Shown: positions 48,816 to 57,890, counted from the stretch's first letter. The stretch: 64,000 nucleotides of DNA from a virus (IMGVR_UViG_3300040801_004519:5231-69230), one strand, 5' to 3'. Numbers and translations are program-made. The notes: generated by a model not told the origin, from the sequence alone.

Positions 48816-49652
48816 ATGCTCGTCAACAAAAAATATACTATTGGTAGAAATGGTCAGATCGCATCCAGGGAGAGGGTTACTGTTTCCTGTGACTCAGATA
48901 ACTGTAATTCGGAATGGTGTACGCAATATAGTAACTACAAGAGACGCAAGTGCTCTAAGGATTATTGCCAGTCTTGTAAGAACAGAATAGGCATATGTGG
49001 GATGAAAGGCAAGTCTCATTCAGCAGAAACAAAGGAAAAGGCATCGATTCGAAGCTCGGGTAAAAGAAACCCCTTCTATGGAAAAAAACATACACAAGAT
49101 GTAAAGAGTCGAATATCAAAACACCCTAACGTAAAGTCTATGAAGGGAAAGAAACGTCCTGAACACAGTAAGAAAATGAAAGAGGTTATTACGTCTTACT
49201 GGAAGGGACTTACGGAAGAAGAAAGAGCTTCGAGGCTTGCAAAACATGATTTTTCTGCTTTACAAAAAGCTTGCCTCTGCAATGGTGGAAGGTATTCAAA
49301 GCTCCATAAGTCAGTAATTTTGATGATGAACGAGGTTGGAATCGATAGGTTTGAATCTGAAAAGCAGATCGGTCGATATGTATATGACGAGGTACGAGAG
49401 GATAAGAAAGTCATCATTGAGGTCAATGGTGACTTTTGGCACGCGAACCCCAATATTTACGCTGAAGAAGATGTTGTTAGGTTGCCAAAGGGTGACAAGA
49501 TTGCGAGAGAGATTTGGAACAGCGATAAATTAAGGGTTTCTTATGCTCAGGAGCTTGGATACAAAGTGTTCATAATTTGGGAATCGGATGTAAAGTCAGG
49601 AAAAGTTTTTGACAAATTGAAAGGCATAAATGAAAAAATACGAAAATTATAA
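48816..49652 (+). mobile_element. Free-standing homing endonuclease: Cys-rich, NUMOD3-like repeats, Vsr-like (EDxHD-type) nuclease
   Basis: GKSHSAETKEK, NPFYGKKHT, YVYDE...IIEVNGDFWHAN, GYKVFIIWESD. Confidence 0.75.
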
Positions 49653-50523
49653 AAAGGCAAAAGTGGTTGCAGAAATATCTGCAAACCACATGGGTTCTAT
49701 TGATACAGCAATAGAAATGATTCGCGTTGCTGCTGAATGCGGAGCAGATGTTGTTAAGTTCCAGAAGAGAAACCCAAAGGAATCGGTAAGCAGCGATTTA
49801 TATACAAAACCACATCCTGTTCCTGGTAATTCATTTGGGAAGACATATGGTGAGCATCGAGAGTTTCTTGAGCTTTCTATTGGCGATCACGAACGACTCA
49901 TGAGAGAATGTGAGTCGTCGGGAGTTGACTACAGCACAAGCGTTTGGGATGTGACAAGTGCAAGAGACATTGTTAAGCTAAATCCGAAATATATTAAGGT
50001 GCCCTCGGCCTGCAATACGAACGATAAATTGCTCCGAAGCATTGTAGATTCCTTTGACGGTGAGGTTCACGTTTCTTTGGGTATGACAACATTTGACGAA
50101 ATTGATAAGATCGAAGTTGTCCTGTCGGACGTTTTATCTGAAAATTTAGTTTATTACCATTGTACTAGTGGATACCCAGTGCCAAATAACAAGCTTTATC
50201 TCAATGAAATATCTGAACTTCGCTATCGTTTTCCAGCACATCCCATTGGGTTTTCTGGGCATCATGTTGGTACTGCTCCAGACGTTGCCGCGTACGTGCT
50301 TGGTGCTGGATGGATAGAGCGACATTTCACCCTTGACCGCACACTCAAAGGTACTGATCACGCTGCCAGTCTTGATCCATCTGGACTTCGTACGCTGTGT
50401 AAAGACTTGAACGACGTGCATGAGGCAATGCGATACAAGCCTTCTGTTATGGACGAGATCGAAGTTCAGCAAAGGATGAAGCTAAAGTACTTTGAATTTC
50501 GTGAATTCCTCCAGAATAGCTAG
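49630..50523 (+). CDS. neuB: NeuB-family nonulosonic acid synthase (no C-terminal AFL/SAF domain)
   Basis: VAEISANHMG, VKFQKR, KVPS, SLGM, HCTSGYP, GFSGH, IERHFTLD, GTDH. Confidence 0.9.
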   Translation: MKKYENYKKAKVVAEISANHMGSIDTAIEMIRVAAECGADVVKFQKRNPKESVSSDLYTKPHPVPGNSFGKTYGEHREFLELSIGDHERLMRECESSGVDYSTSVWDVTSARDIVKLNPKYIKVPSACNTNDKLLRSIVDSFDGEVHVSLGMTTFDEIDKIEVVLSDVLSENLVYYHCTSGYPVPNNKLYLNEISELRYRFPAHPIGFSGHHVGTAPDVAAYVLGAGWIERHFTLDRTLKGTDHAASLDPSGLRTLCKDLNDVHEAMRYKPSVMDEIEVQQRMKLKYFEFREFLQNS

Positions 50524-50559
50524 CTTGGGTGCCGATGATGACCTTAGATCGGACACGAC

Positions 50560-51192
50560 ATGATGACATATTATAACACCAACAGCAACACGGTCTCGAC
50601 TGTAAGGCCAAGCTCGATTGAAAATAGGCCTCGTCAAAGCATGGGTTACAGTATGTCTCCCATGCCCTTGAAGAATCAGGATAAAAGATACAAGATAATT
50701 GTTGTTGATGTTGATGGAACGATGACAAATGGTCATATGACCTATGACCACCAGGGAAACGTCAGCAAGAGTTATCATACCAGAGATATCTCAGGATTGT
50801 ATAAGGCAAGATTTGAAGAAGACACACGAGTCTTGATCCTCACCGGTTCACTTCATGAATGTGACATTCATCGCTTTCGATTCCTTTGGGAGTTTGCACG
50901 GGAGGAAACAGATGCATGTCTTCTCCAGGGTGTTCAAAACAAATCTTCTGTCCTTGGTATATATCTTGAAAAACATAAGATTAAATGGGATGAAGTTGCA
51001 TTTATTGGTGATGGCGATAACGACCTTGAGGTTATGCCAAAAGTAGGTCTTGCTGGTTGCCCGCGTGATGCACTTCCAGAAGTCTGGGATATTTGCACTT
51101 TCCATTCAAAATTTGATGGCGGGAAAGGTGCAGTTAAAGAATTTGTAGATTTTGTTTCCAGACTCAACAAGCTACACAGAAAAGGAAGATAA
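50560..51192 (+). CDS. KdsC-family HAD phosphatase
   Basis: VVDVDGTMTNG, LILTG, K, FIGDGDND, GGKGAVKE. Confidence 0.85.
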   Translation: MMTYYNTNSNTVSTVRPSSIENRPRQSMGYSMSPMPLKNQDKRYKIIVVDVDGTMTNGHMTYDHQGNVSKSYHTRDISGLYKARFEEDTRVLILTGSLHECDIHRFRFLWEFAREETDACLLQGVQNKSSVLGIYLEKHKIKWDEVAFIGDGDNDLEVMPKVGLAGCPRDALPEVWDICTFHSKFDGGKGAVKEFVDFVSRLNKLHRKGR

Positions 51193-51560
51193 TGAAAAAG
51201 GCTTTTACACTAGTCGAACTCCTTGTATGCATTGGGATAATCGCATTAGTGATTTCTCTTTTGCTTTCTGCTATGAGTAGTAGAAGTGACTATGAACGAG
51301 ATATTTTTGATGCATCTGTCGTCAATAAGCACTCTTATCATGATGATTACGGCCATGAAGTGAATGAAATCACTGTTCAGACTCCCGATGGTGCCAAGCA
51401 GACCTTCGTAGTGAGAGACAGAGAAGAGTGGGACGATTTTCAAATCGGATATCTTTATGACGTTTCCGTAGGAGGAAGAGGCTACCTTAAAGAATATACA
51501 GAAATCGGCTCAGACGCCGATTTGAATGGCGAAAAGAAAATCACAGATTCATCTTTTTGA
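51192..51560 (+). CDS. Type IV pilin-like protein (prepilin cleavage/N-methylation motif)
   Basis: MKKA|FTLVELLVCIGIIALVISLLL: basic leader, F+1, E+5, hydrophobic helix. Confidence 0.7.
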   Translation: MKKAFTLVELLVCIGIIALVISLLLSAMSSRSDYERDIFDASVVNKHSYHDDYGHEVNEITVQTPDGAKQTFVVRDREEWDDFQIGYLYDVSVGGRGYLKEYTEIGSDADLNGEKKITDSSF

Positions 51561-51867
51561 GTTATTTGCGGTCGTGTGTATCGTCATGGGCTTAGTTCTA
51601 TACTTTGTCCAACAAACAAACGTCACACGGTTTACAACAGAAGTCTTTCGTGCCAAAGTTATTACTAAATCAAGCTGGATTCATGAAAGTCAGAGAATAC
51701 ATGAAATTTATGTCTTCAGAACTGATGAGAGCAAAGAAGTTCTATGGATTAATGCGAGATTTGACTGGATTTCACTAAACAAAGGTTCAACTTATGAGTT
51801 TACAGCAACTCAAGATGGAAGAGTAGTGAAGTATAAAGAAATCAAAAATGAGAAGGAAGATAGTTGA
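51526..51867 (+). CDS. Membrane-anchored protein, paralogue of the upstream pilin-like protein
   Basis: LFELFAVVCIVMGLVLYF helix; the soluble part aligns by eye with 51192..51560. Confidence 0.5.
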   Translation: MAKRKSQIHLFELFAVVCIVMGLVLYFVQQTNVTRFTTEVFRAKVITKSSWIHESQRIHEIYVFRTDESKEVLWINARFDWISLNKGSTYEFTATQDGRVVKYKEIKNEKEDS

Positions 51868-51908
51868 TATATTTGAATAGATTACATTGGTCAACTTGAC
51901 TAAACTAC

Positions 51909-52308
51909 GGGCACGAAACTAGGATATCGACTGGTAGATTAGAGTTGACGTTGCATGCCGAGGATGCTAACTAGGCCTCGTAAATCATGTTAGCAAAACC
52001 CATAACTGCCAACAACGCAGTTGCTGGCCGTATCGGCTTTGCCGCTCCGGTCGCACTCGCAGCCTAAAGAACTGTGAGAAGACCAGCCCAGAAGGGCTGA
52101 AACGAATCGGTGAAAATCCCACGAGAACCGATTCGTCTGACTAGTGGGATAAGCAATTTTCTTGTCATGAAGGTTGTCGAAAAACTTGACTCGGCCAGGA
52201 TGAGGTTGCTGTTTCTTTGCACCTGGTTTAAACTAATGAAGCAGATAAGCATGTAGAAGCGTTAATTGCGATCTATACAACACGGCGGTTCGAGTCCGCC
52301 CGTGTCCA
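51909..52308 (+). ncRNA. ssrA: tmRNA; tag (A)ANNAVAGRIGFAAPVALAA at 52008-52067
   Basis: Acceptor GGGCACG/CGTGTCC-A with G3.U wobble; T-arm GGCGG-TTCGAGT-CCGCC; GCATGCCGAGG...GGCCTCGTAAA pk1; AAGCATGTAG near the 3' end. CCA is not encoded (CTA). Confidence 0.92.
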
Positions 52309-52315
52309 CTAAGAG

Positions 52316-52341
52316 GCCTCGATGAAAATCGAGGCTTTTTT
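52316..52341 (+). terminator. Rho-independent terminator after tmRNA
   Basis: GCCTCGAT-GAAA-ATCGAGGC-TTTTTT. Confidence 0.8.
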
Positions 52342-52350
52342 ACATAATAC

Positions 52351-52662
52351 TTGAGTCGCAATTGGGCTACAGCCGATATTGGAAGTATGACACCAGAGAA
52401 GATTATAGAAAAAGTTCTAGGACGATCTATAGAAGAATTCGAACACCCAATTGATCATTCAGCCCTTATGGGTATATGTATTTCACTCGGGAAGATTCAT
52501 GTTTTGCACTGGAGCGAGCTTTCAGCGGTTTACGACTGGGCATTTGGTTCAAATGGAAAAGGAGATTTTCGGTCTCTATCTGTTCAACAGCTTGGAGACT
52601 TGGTTGAACTGAATATTATTAGTGAAAAATTAATTCGAAAGAAAATAGGGTTAGATGTATAA
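52351..52662 (+). CDS. Hypothetical protein
   Basis: 103 aa, TTG start. Confidence 0.4.
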   Translation: MSRNWATADIGSMTPEKIIEKVLGRSIEEFEHPIDHSALMGICISLGKIHVLHWSELSAVYDWAFGSNGKGDFRSLSVQQLGDLVELNIISEKLIRKKIGLDV

Positions 52663-52931
52663 TGCATATTGTTGATAATGACGGTGAGTTCTCTAAAAAC
52701 CTCACTGATCCAAATCTAAAGATTCCTAAAGCTCACCTGCAAGCCGTTTGCAAGAAAAAGCAAGAGGGTGCTTGTAGGTATGTGGCTATTACTCCATATG
52801 GTTGCTTCTGTCAGAAGCACACAAAATTAGGAAGAATGGTAGATGCCAGGGTTGCAGAAGGAGCTTCTGGTGCGATTGGAGATAACTGCGAAGGTTTCAA
52901 GCCCAGTAAATCCAATTTCGTGGATGATTAA
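52662..52931 (+). CDS. Small Cys-containing hypothetical protein
   Basis: 89 aa, TAATG overlap; four to five Cys. Confidence 0.5.
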   Translation: MHIVDNDGEFSKNLTDPNLKIPKAHLQAVCKKKQEGACRYVAITPYGCFCQKHTKLGRMVDARVAEGASGAIGDNCEGFKPSKSNFVDD

Positions 52932-52988
52932 TGTTTTGTGTGTTTTGCTGCCGATACCTTAGTTATAAGGTTGTTGGCGGGGGAACAT

Positions 52989-53348
52989 ATGAATAATGAA
53001 CATTTTGGGGATTTTAGCTCAAAGCGTCGTAGAAGACGAAGAAAGATAACGGTCGTAAAAAAATCAAAACCCAGGGGTGTCATCGGAACTGATGATCTTC
53101 TGAAAAAACTCAACTACTCTCAAGTTGAAGGCAAAAAGTGCAAATTTAGAGTAATGCTGGAAGACGCACCTATAGCGGATAATTTGATTAAAGATGCGGG
53201 CCTATCTACTGTGTCCTATGATGAAACAGACGAAATTGCAATCTATGAAATTGGTCCTGGACCAAAGGGTTTAGATACACCAAGTGAATTGGAAGTTCTT
53301 GAAGAACTCTCTGACGAGATTCTCGAAGACGGGGAAATCTTTGACTGA
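52989..53348 (+). CDS. Hypothetical protein
   Basis: ATG at 52989 preferred; basic N-terminus and acidic C-terminus. Confidence 0.45.
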   Translation: MNNEHFGDFSSKRRRRRRKITVVKKSKPRGVIGTDDLLKKLNYSQVEGKKCKFRVMLEDAPIADNLIKDAGLSTVSYDETDEIAIYEIGPGPKGLDTPSELEVLEELSDEILEDGEIFD

Positions 53349-53362
53349 TAATTGGAAAATGT

Positions 53363-53740
53363 ATGAAGTACGATAAAGAAGTAAGATACGTCTGTGGAGA
53401 TGATTGGCGATCTCAAAGCCAAGAGGAGCGTGATGGAGGTTTTGGTGTAGCCATGATGGTTGCATACCTTCAAGGTGCCTCTCCTAACTATGAGGACATT
53501 GCGTCTTCTCTTGGACTCTCTCCAAGAGAAGCAGCAGAAGCGTCAATTCCTTTTCGAAGATTACAAGTGTCTGGGATGTTCTCAGACGAATTTGACGCTT
53601 TGTCAGATCAGGCCCTTGCGGGCAATGCATCTGATGTAGATGTCAGGACAGCGTGGTGCCAAGTTGCTGGAACAGCCTCAGGCTGGCTTGGAACAGGCAC
53701 CTTTATTACCCGAGACAATCGGAATGACTCCGACAACTAA
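53363..53740 (+). CDS. Hypothetical protein
   Basis: 125 aa, GGAAA upstream. Confidence 0.5.
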   Translation: MKYDKEVRYVCGDDWRSQSQEERDGGFGVAMMVAYLQGASPNYEDIASSLGLSPREAAEASIPFRRLQVSGMFSDEFDALSDQALAGNASDVDVRTAWCQVAGTASGWLGTGTFITRDNRNDSDN

Positions 53741-53781
53741 ATGTCTCGCAGTTTTACAACACTAGAAAGAAAGAAAACTAA

Positions 53782-54093
53782 ATGAAAATTACTGAAAGAA
53801 TTGTTTCGCCCAAGAGGCATACTATCGGATATGTTATCAGCCGACGCCGTTACACCAGAGATCAAGCTATTGAGCTTGCCCAGCAAGGCAAAGTTGATGG
53901 CGTACGAATTTCGAATGGACCGAAGGGGAAGTATCTAACTTCATCAACTGATAGTTCGCTATACGACCTTCCAATTCGTATCGGCCACTCTGTCAAAGAT
54001 GCACAGCCGATGTCATCTGCTCCAAAGACAACTAAGGCGAAGAGGTCAACTTCGTCTTCTCGTGTGACGAAGACTGCCAGCAACTCTAGATAG
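53782..54093 (+). CDS. DUF3892-like small protein
   Basis: YTRDQAIELAQQGKVDGVRI...KYLTS...LYDLP. Confidence 0.5.
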   Translation: MKITERIVSPKRHTIGYVISRRRYTRDQAIELAQQGKVDGVRISNGPKGKYLTSSTDSSLYDLPIRIGHSVKDAQPMSSAPKTTKAKRSTSSSRVTKTASNSR

Positions 54094-54136
54094 TTTGTCA
54101 ACAAAAACCCCGTTTAGAAAACTGTGAGAGGGAGAG

Positions 54137-54170
54137 GCAAGGGGTCTGCAATGCAGGCCTCTTGCTTTTT
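54137..54170 (+). terminator. Rho-independent terminator
   Basis: GCAAGGGGTCTGCA / TGCAGGCCTCTTGC stem with G.U pairs, followed by TTTTT. Confidence 0.65.
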
Positions 54171-54212
54171 CAGTTTAATGACCTATAATTTTTAGTCGAT
54201 AGTATAAGCACA

Positions 54213-56228
54213 ATGAGTAAGTATTTAGTAGTAATCGAGTCTCCAGGTAAGTTAAAATCATACCGTAAGTATCTCGGCCCTGATTACGAGATAGTAGCAT
54301 CTGTCGGACACGTAATGGATTTACCTCCCAAGGGTGGTCTTGGTGTAAACATCAAAAAGCAATTCGAACCTACATTCGAGGTCATGGACGACAAGAAGCA
54401 GGTTCTGAGTGATATAGTGAAAAAAGCCAAGAAGTCAAAACTCACTTATCTTATGATGGACCCTGATCGTGAAGGTACTGGAATTGCCGCTATGATAGCG
54501 AGTCAGTTTCCGAAAAGCGTAAAGTATACTCGGGCTGCAACATCGTCTATTACTAAAAAAGATATCGAAGAAGCAATATCTAATTCTGGTGATATTGATC
54601 AAAAAATGTATGATGCCTTTTTGGCTCGAAGAATTCTGGATAGGATTGCCGGTTTCAAGACTTCTTTTCTTGTAAAGCAGGCTACAGGTGGTCGGAGCGC
54701 TGGCAGAGTTCAATCCGCTGCCCTACGAATTCTAGCTGAAAGAGAAAAGGAAATTGCGGAGTTTAAGCCTCAAGAGTTTTGGCCTGTTGATGCAGACTTG
54801 AAGACAACTAGGAATGACATCGTTACGGCTCATGTTATAGAGCCAGACAAGATGGACACGAAGACCGAAGATGATGCCAAAGAAGTTGTTGGCGTTATTG
54901 AGAAGGGGCCTGTTAAGGTTGAGAAATATGATGTTAAAGAAGTTTCTCGTCGTCCCCAACCCCCATTCATCACATCTTCTCTGCAAGCGACAGCATCATC
55001 TATGCTAGGCTGGAACCAAAAGAAAACCATGGGTGTTGCCCAGAAGCTTTATGAAGCGGGCCATATCACTTACATGCGAACGGACTCTGCATATATCGTA
55101 CCAGATAAGGTCAAGGAAATCCGTTCTGCGATTGAAGACAGGTGGAACAAGAAATTTTTGCCTGATAAAGAGAACGCATTCAAAAAGGGAAAGAATGCCC
55201 AGGAGGCCCACGAGTGTATTCGACCAACCGATCTAAACATTGAGACTGCTGGCTCTGTCGGAGATGAAGCCAAGCTCTACAAGATGATTTGGAAGCGGAC
55301 CATAGCAAGTCAGATGCTCCCAGAGAAACGGGAGCAGGTTCGAGCAGTATTTAAGGCTGGCAAGGTCAGATTGGCTGCGTCAGGTTCAAGGCAGACGTTC
55401 GAGGGGTGGAAAGCGTGCTGGGACTATAGGGATGCATCAGACACCTTTCTTCCTGAAATGAAGGTTGGAGAGAAGGTAACCGTTGAAGATGTCCGCTATG
55501 AGCAGAAGTTTACCGAACCGCCTCCCCGATATGGCGTAGCAAGTTTCAACAGTAAACTCGAAGAAGTTGGACTTGGAAGGCCTTCAACCCTCGCTGCAAT
55601 CATTGATACATTACGCGCGAGAGAATATATCGAAAATGACAGCAAGACGCACAAGGTCACTGATCTTGGTATGAGGGTGACAGATTTTCTTGTAAAGAAC
55701 AACTTTTGCTTTGCTGATGTTAAATTTACAAGGGAGATGGAGGATAAGCTTGACAGTGTGCTTGAGGGTAAAACTCAGAAGCTTGATATCTTAAATGATT
55801 TCTGGACAAGGTTAAAGTCTGATATAGCAAGCGCCAAAGAGAACAAAGATAAGTTAAGCCGAACAGAGTATCCATGTCCACTTTGCAAGAAGGCAAATCG
55901 TGAAAAGTTCTTGCAAAGAAAATTCTCATCCTTTGGTGAGTTTTATGCATGCGAAGCTCGCACTGATAAAGAGATTAAGTGTGATTACAAAGCTGATGTC
56001 GGTGATTCTGGGGAACCAAAGGAAAAGCCGAAGAAAGAGCCTCCAAAGAAGAGCGGAATAGATTGCCCTGAATGTGGTGGAGACTTGGTTATAAGAAGTG
56101 GCAAATTTGGGGAATTCTTGGGTTGCAATAAATTTCCTAAGTGTCGCGTGACTGCTGACATGGAAGGCAATATTAAGAAGCCTTCTAAAGGTAAGGGTAA
56201 AAAGTTCTACAAAAAGAGTAATAAATAG
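54213..56228 (+). CDS. topA: Type IA DNA topoisomerase with C-terminal zinc ribbons
   Basis: VIESPGK, ASVGHV, DPDREG, SAGRVQS, ITYMRTDS (catalytic Tyr), GLGRPST, CPLC and CPECGG...GCNKFPKC. Confidence 0.93.
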   Translation: MSKYLVVIESPGKLKSYRKYLGPDYEIVASVGHVMDLPPKGGLGVNIKKQFEPTFEVMDDKKQVLSDIVKKAKKSKLTYLMMDPDREGTGIAAMIASQFPKSVKYTRAATSSITKKDIEEAISNSGDIDQKMYDAFLARRILDRIAGFKTSFLVKQATGGRSAGRVQSAALRILAEREKEIAEFKPQEFWPVDADLKTTRNDIVTAHVIEPDKMDTKTEDDAKEVVGVIEKGPVKVEKYDVKEVSRRPQPPFITSSLQATASSMLGWNQKKTMGVAQKLYEAGHITYMRTDSAYIVPDKVKEIRSAIEDRWNKKFLPDKENAFKKGKNAQEAHECIRPTDLNIETAGSVGDEAKLYKMIWKRTIASQMLPEKREQVRAVFKAGKVRLAASGSRQTFEGWKACWDYRDASDTFLPEMKVGEKVTVEDVRYEQKFTEPPPRYGVASFNSKLEEVGLGRPSTLAAIIDTLRAREYIENDSKTHKVTDLGMRVTDFLVKNNFCFADVKFTREMEDKLDSVLEGKTQKLDILNDFWTRLKSDIASAKENKDKLSRTEYPCPLCKKANREKFLQRKFSSFGEFYACEARTDKEIKCDYKADVGDSGEPKEKPKKEPPKKSGIDCPECGGDLVIRSGKFGEFLGCNKFPKCRVTADMEGNIKKPSKGKGKKFYKKSNK

Positions 56229-56262
56229 GAGGGTATCTCTTCGTGCATAATAATAAACATGC

Positions 56263-56958
56263 ATGAAGAACCCACTTTGTTTTCAGGAGGGCCGCAAACG
56301 ACCTTTCTGGATGACTAAAAATGACTGCTGGAAAATATACCAACTCATACCTGTTGGCGAATGGTTCTGCTATGACCATTTTACTGAAATTGGTTTTCAA
56401 AGAAGTACAGCAGAGAGAAGGTTTCGTGATATCAGAAATGATGGACGCCTATCTTGGGAAACATCAATAATTAATTCTACTCATTATTTTAGAATTACAA
56501 GCCTTGATCCAGTTGGAAGAATCGTTCCGAGCAGGAAGGCTATAACAAAATCTCAGGCAAAAAGAATTTATGAGAGAGACGATGGCTATTGTCAGCTTTA
56601 TTGCAAGAGGTGGATTCCATTTGATGAAGCAGAGTATGATCACAAGGAGCCTCATCAGGTTGGTGGAGAAACAGTGGATGAGAATCTACAAACTTCGTGC
56701 AAGAGTTGCAATCTCCAGAAATCTTCACATTGCAGGTCGTGTGTTTTAAGCACATGCGATGGCTGCAAAATTAAGACAGGTGACGATTGTCTTCCAATAG
56801 AATGGCAAATTGCTATATCTGATTCTGCCAAGATTTTCGATATGACAATCACTCAATTTTGCAAAACTTACCTCACTCCAATTTTACAAACAAAGAGAAC
56901 AATACCTTTGAATGTCGTGAAAGACTGTGCGACCGATGTGGGAATATCCGATACTTAG
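56263..56958 (+). CDS. HNH endonuclease
   Basis: CQLYC...YDHKEPHQVGGETVDENLQTSCKSCNLQK. Confidence 0.8.
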   Translation: MKNPLCFQEGRKRPFWMTKNDCWKIYQLIPVGEWFCYDHFTEIGFQRSTAERRFRDIRNDGRLSWETSIINSTHYFRITSLDPVGRIVPSRKAITKSQAKRIYERDDGYCQLYCKRWIPFDEAEYDHKEPHQVGGETVDENLQTSCKSCNLQKSSHCRSCVLSTCDGCKIKTGDDCLPIEWQIAISDSAKIFDMTITQFCKTYLTPILQTKRTIPLNVVKDCATDVGISDT

Positions 56959-57010
56959 ATAAGAGGCAGACACTTCTGCTTAAGCGGTTCTACAGGATGT
57001 AGGTGTTACA

Positions 57011-57436
57011 ATGGCTAAGGAGAAACCACGTTACGAAGTTATTGAGGGAAGCAGAGAGATGCTAGAAAAGCTTATCTCTCTAAATGATGATAGATTCGGT
57101 CATATTGATCCGAAGATTATCGGAGTTGTTGCTATTGTAAACAAAGAGCCTTCATTTCCTTATAAGATCATAAAGATCAACAATCCTGTGGCAATGTTTT
57201 GTCACTTACGGTATATATTCGTGTTTTTCGAATCAGTGTGGGAGTCGATGAATGAGGACCAGAGAGGCCTCATCATGCTTGACATGCTTTTTTCGCTTGA
57301 CCCTGATGAGGACGAGCCAAAGCTAATTGCTCCTGACGTAAAGGATCATTCGGCAATGCTGAGAACGTTTGGCGTTGACTACTTGGATAATCCTGGAATA
57401 CGGGATGTACTAACTAAACCAATTGACTGGAAATAA
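57011..57436 (+). CDS. Putative phage metallopeptidase-like protein (degenerate)
   Basis: WESMNEDQRGLIMLDML...KLIAPDVKDHSAMLRTFG resembles that family, but the metal ligands are not evident. Confidence 0.35.
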   Translation: MAKEKPRYEVIEGSREMLEKLISLNDDRFGHIDPKIIGVVAIVNKEPSFPYKIIKINNPVAMFCHLRYIFVFFESVWESMNEDQRGLIMLDMLFSLDPDEDEPKLIAPDVKDHSAMLRTFGVDYLDNPGIRDVLTKPIDWK

Positions 57437-57440
57437 TACT

Positions 57441-57890
57441 ATGAAATTTGAAGTATGGTCACGAGACCAATATGGACGTAACGAGATTCTCTCCATTCTT
57501 AATAAGAAGGGGAAGTCTGAGAATGAATGGGTAAATATCGATGATGCTTTCGAGGCAGCAAAACGATTTGTCCACGACAAGAATAGAAATAACCCAATGA
57601 CTTTCGATGAGCAGAAGCGGCAGGTCACCTATGTGCTGCCAGTTTTTGGAGATGTCGATGAGCCTTATGGGATTTATGCCGGGAACCTAGTCCGTGGAAT
57701 TCAAAAAGTTGTTGACTTAGAAGAAGACGAAGAGAGGAATCTTCGCGATGATGACGAGGTAGTTTTCTATGTAGGTCAAACTCCCGATGATGAACCCTGG
57801 CTGCTATCTACGCCGAGAGGAAAACACATTACAGATTTCGAGAGTCAAGACGTGGTTGAAAAAGCCGTTGTATTTGTACATGCTCAATAA
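57441..57890 (+). CDS. Hypothetical protein
   Basis: ATG at 57441 preferred. Confidence 0.5.
   Translation: MKFEVWSRDQYGRNEILSILNKKGKSENEWVNIDDAFEAAKRFVHDKNRNNPMTFDEQKRQVTYVLPVFGDVDEPYGIYAGNLVRGIQKVVDLEEDEERNLRDDDEVVFYVGQTPDDEPWLLSTPRGKHITDFESQDVVEKAVVFVHAQ

Noticed and set aside
48761-49689. Group I intron in neuB
   Set aside because: The putative 5' exon ends in C rather than U, almost no non-coding sequence is available for a ribozyme core, and the downstream neuB has its own complete N-terminus.
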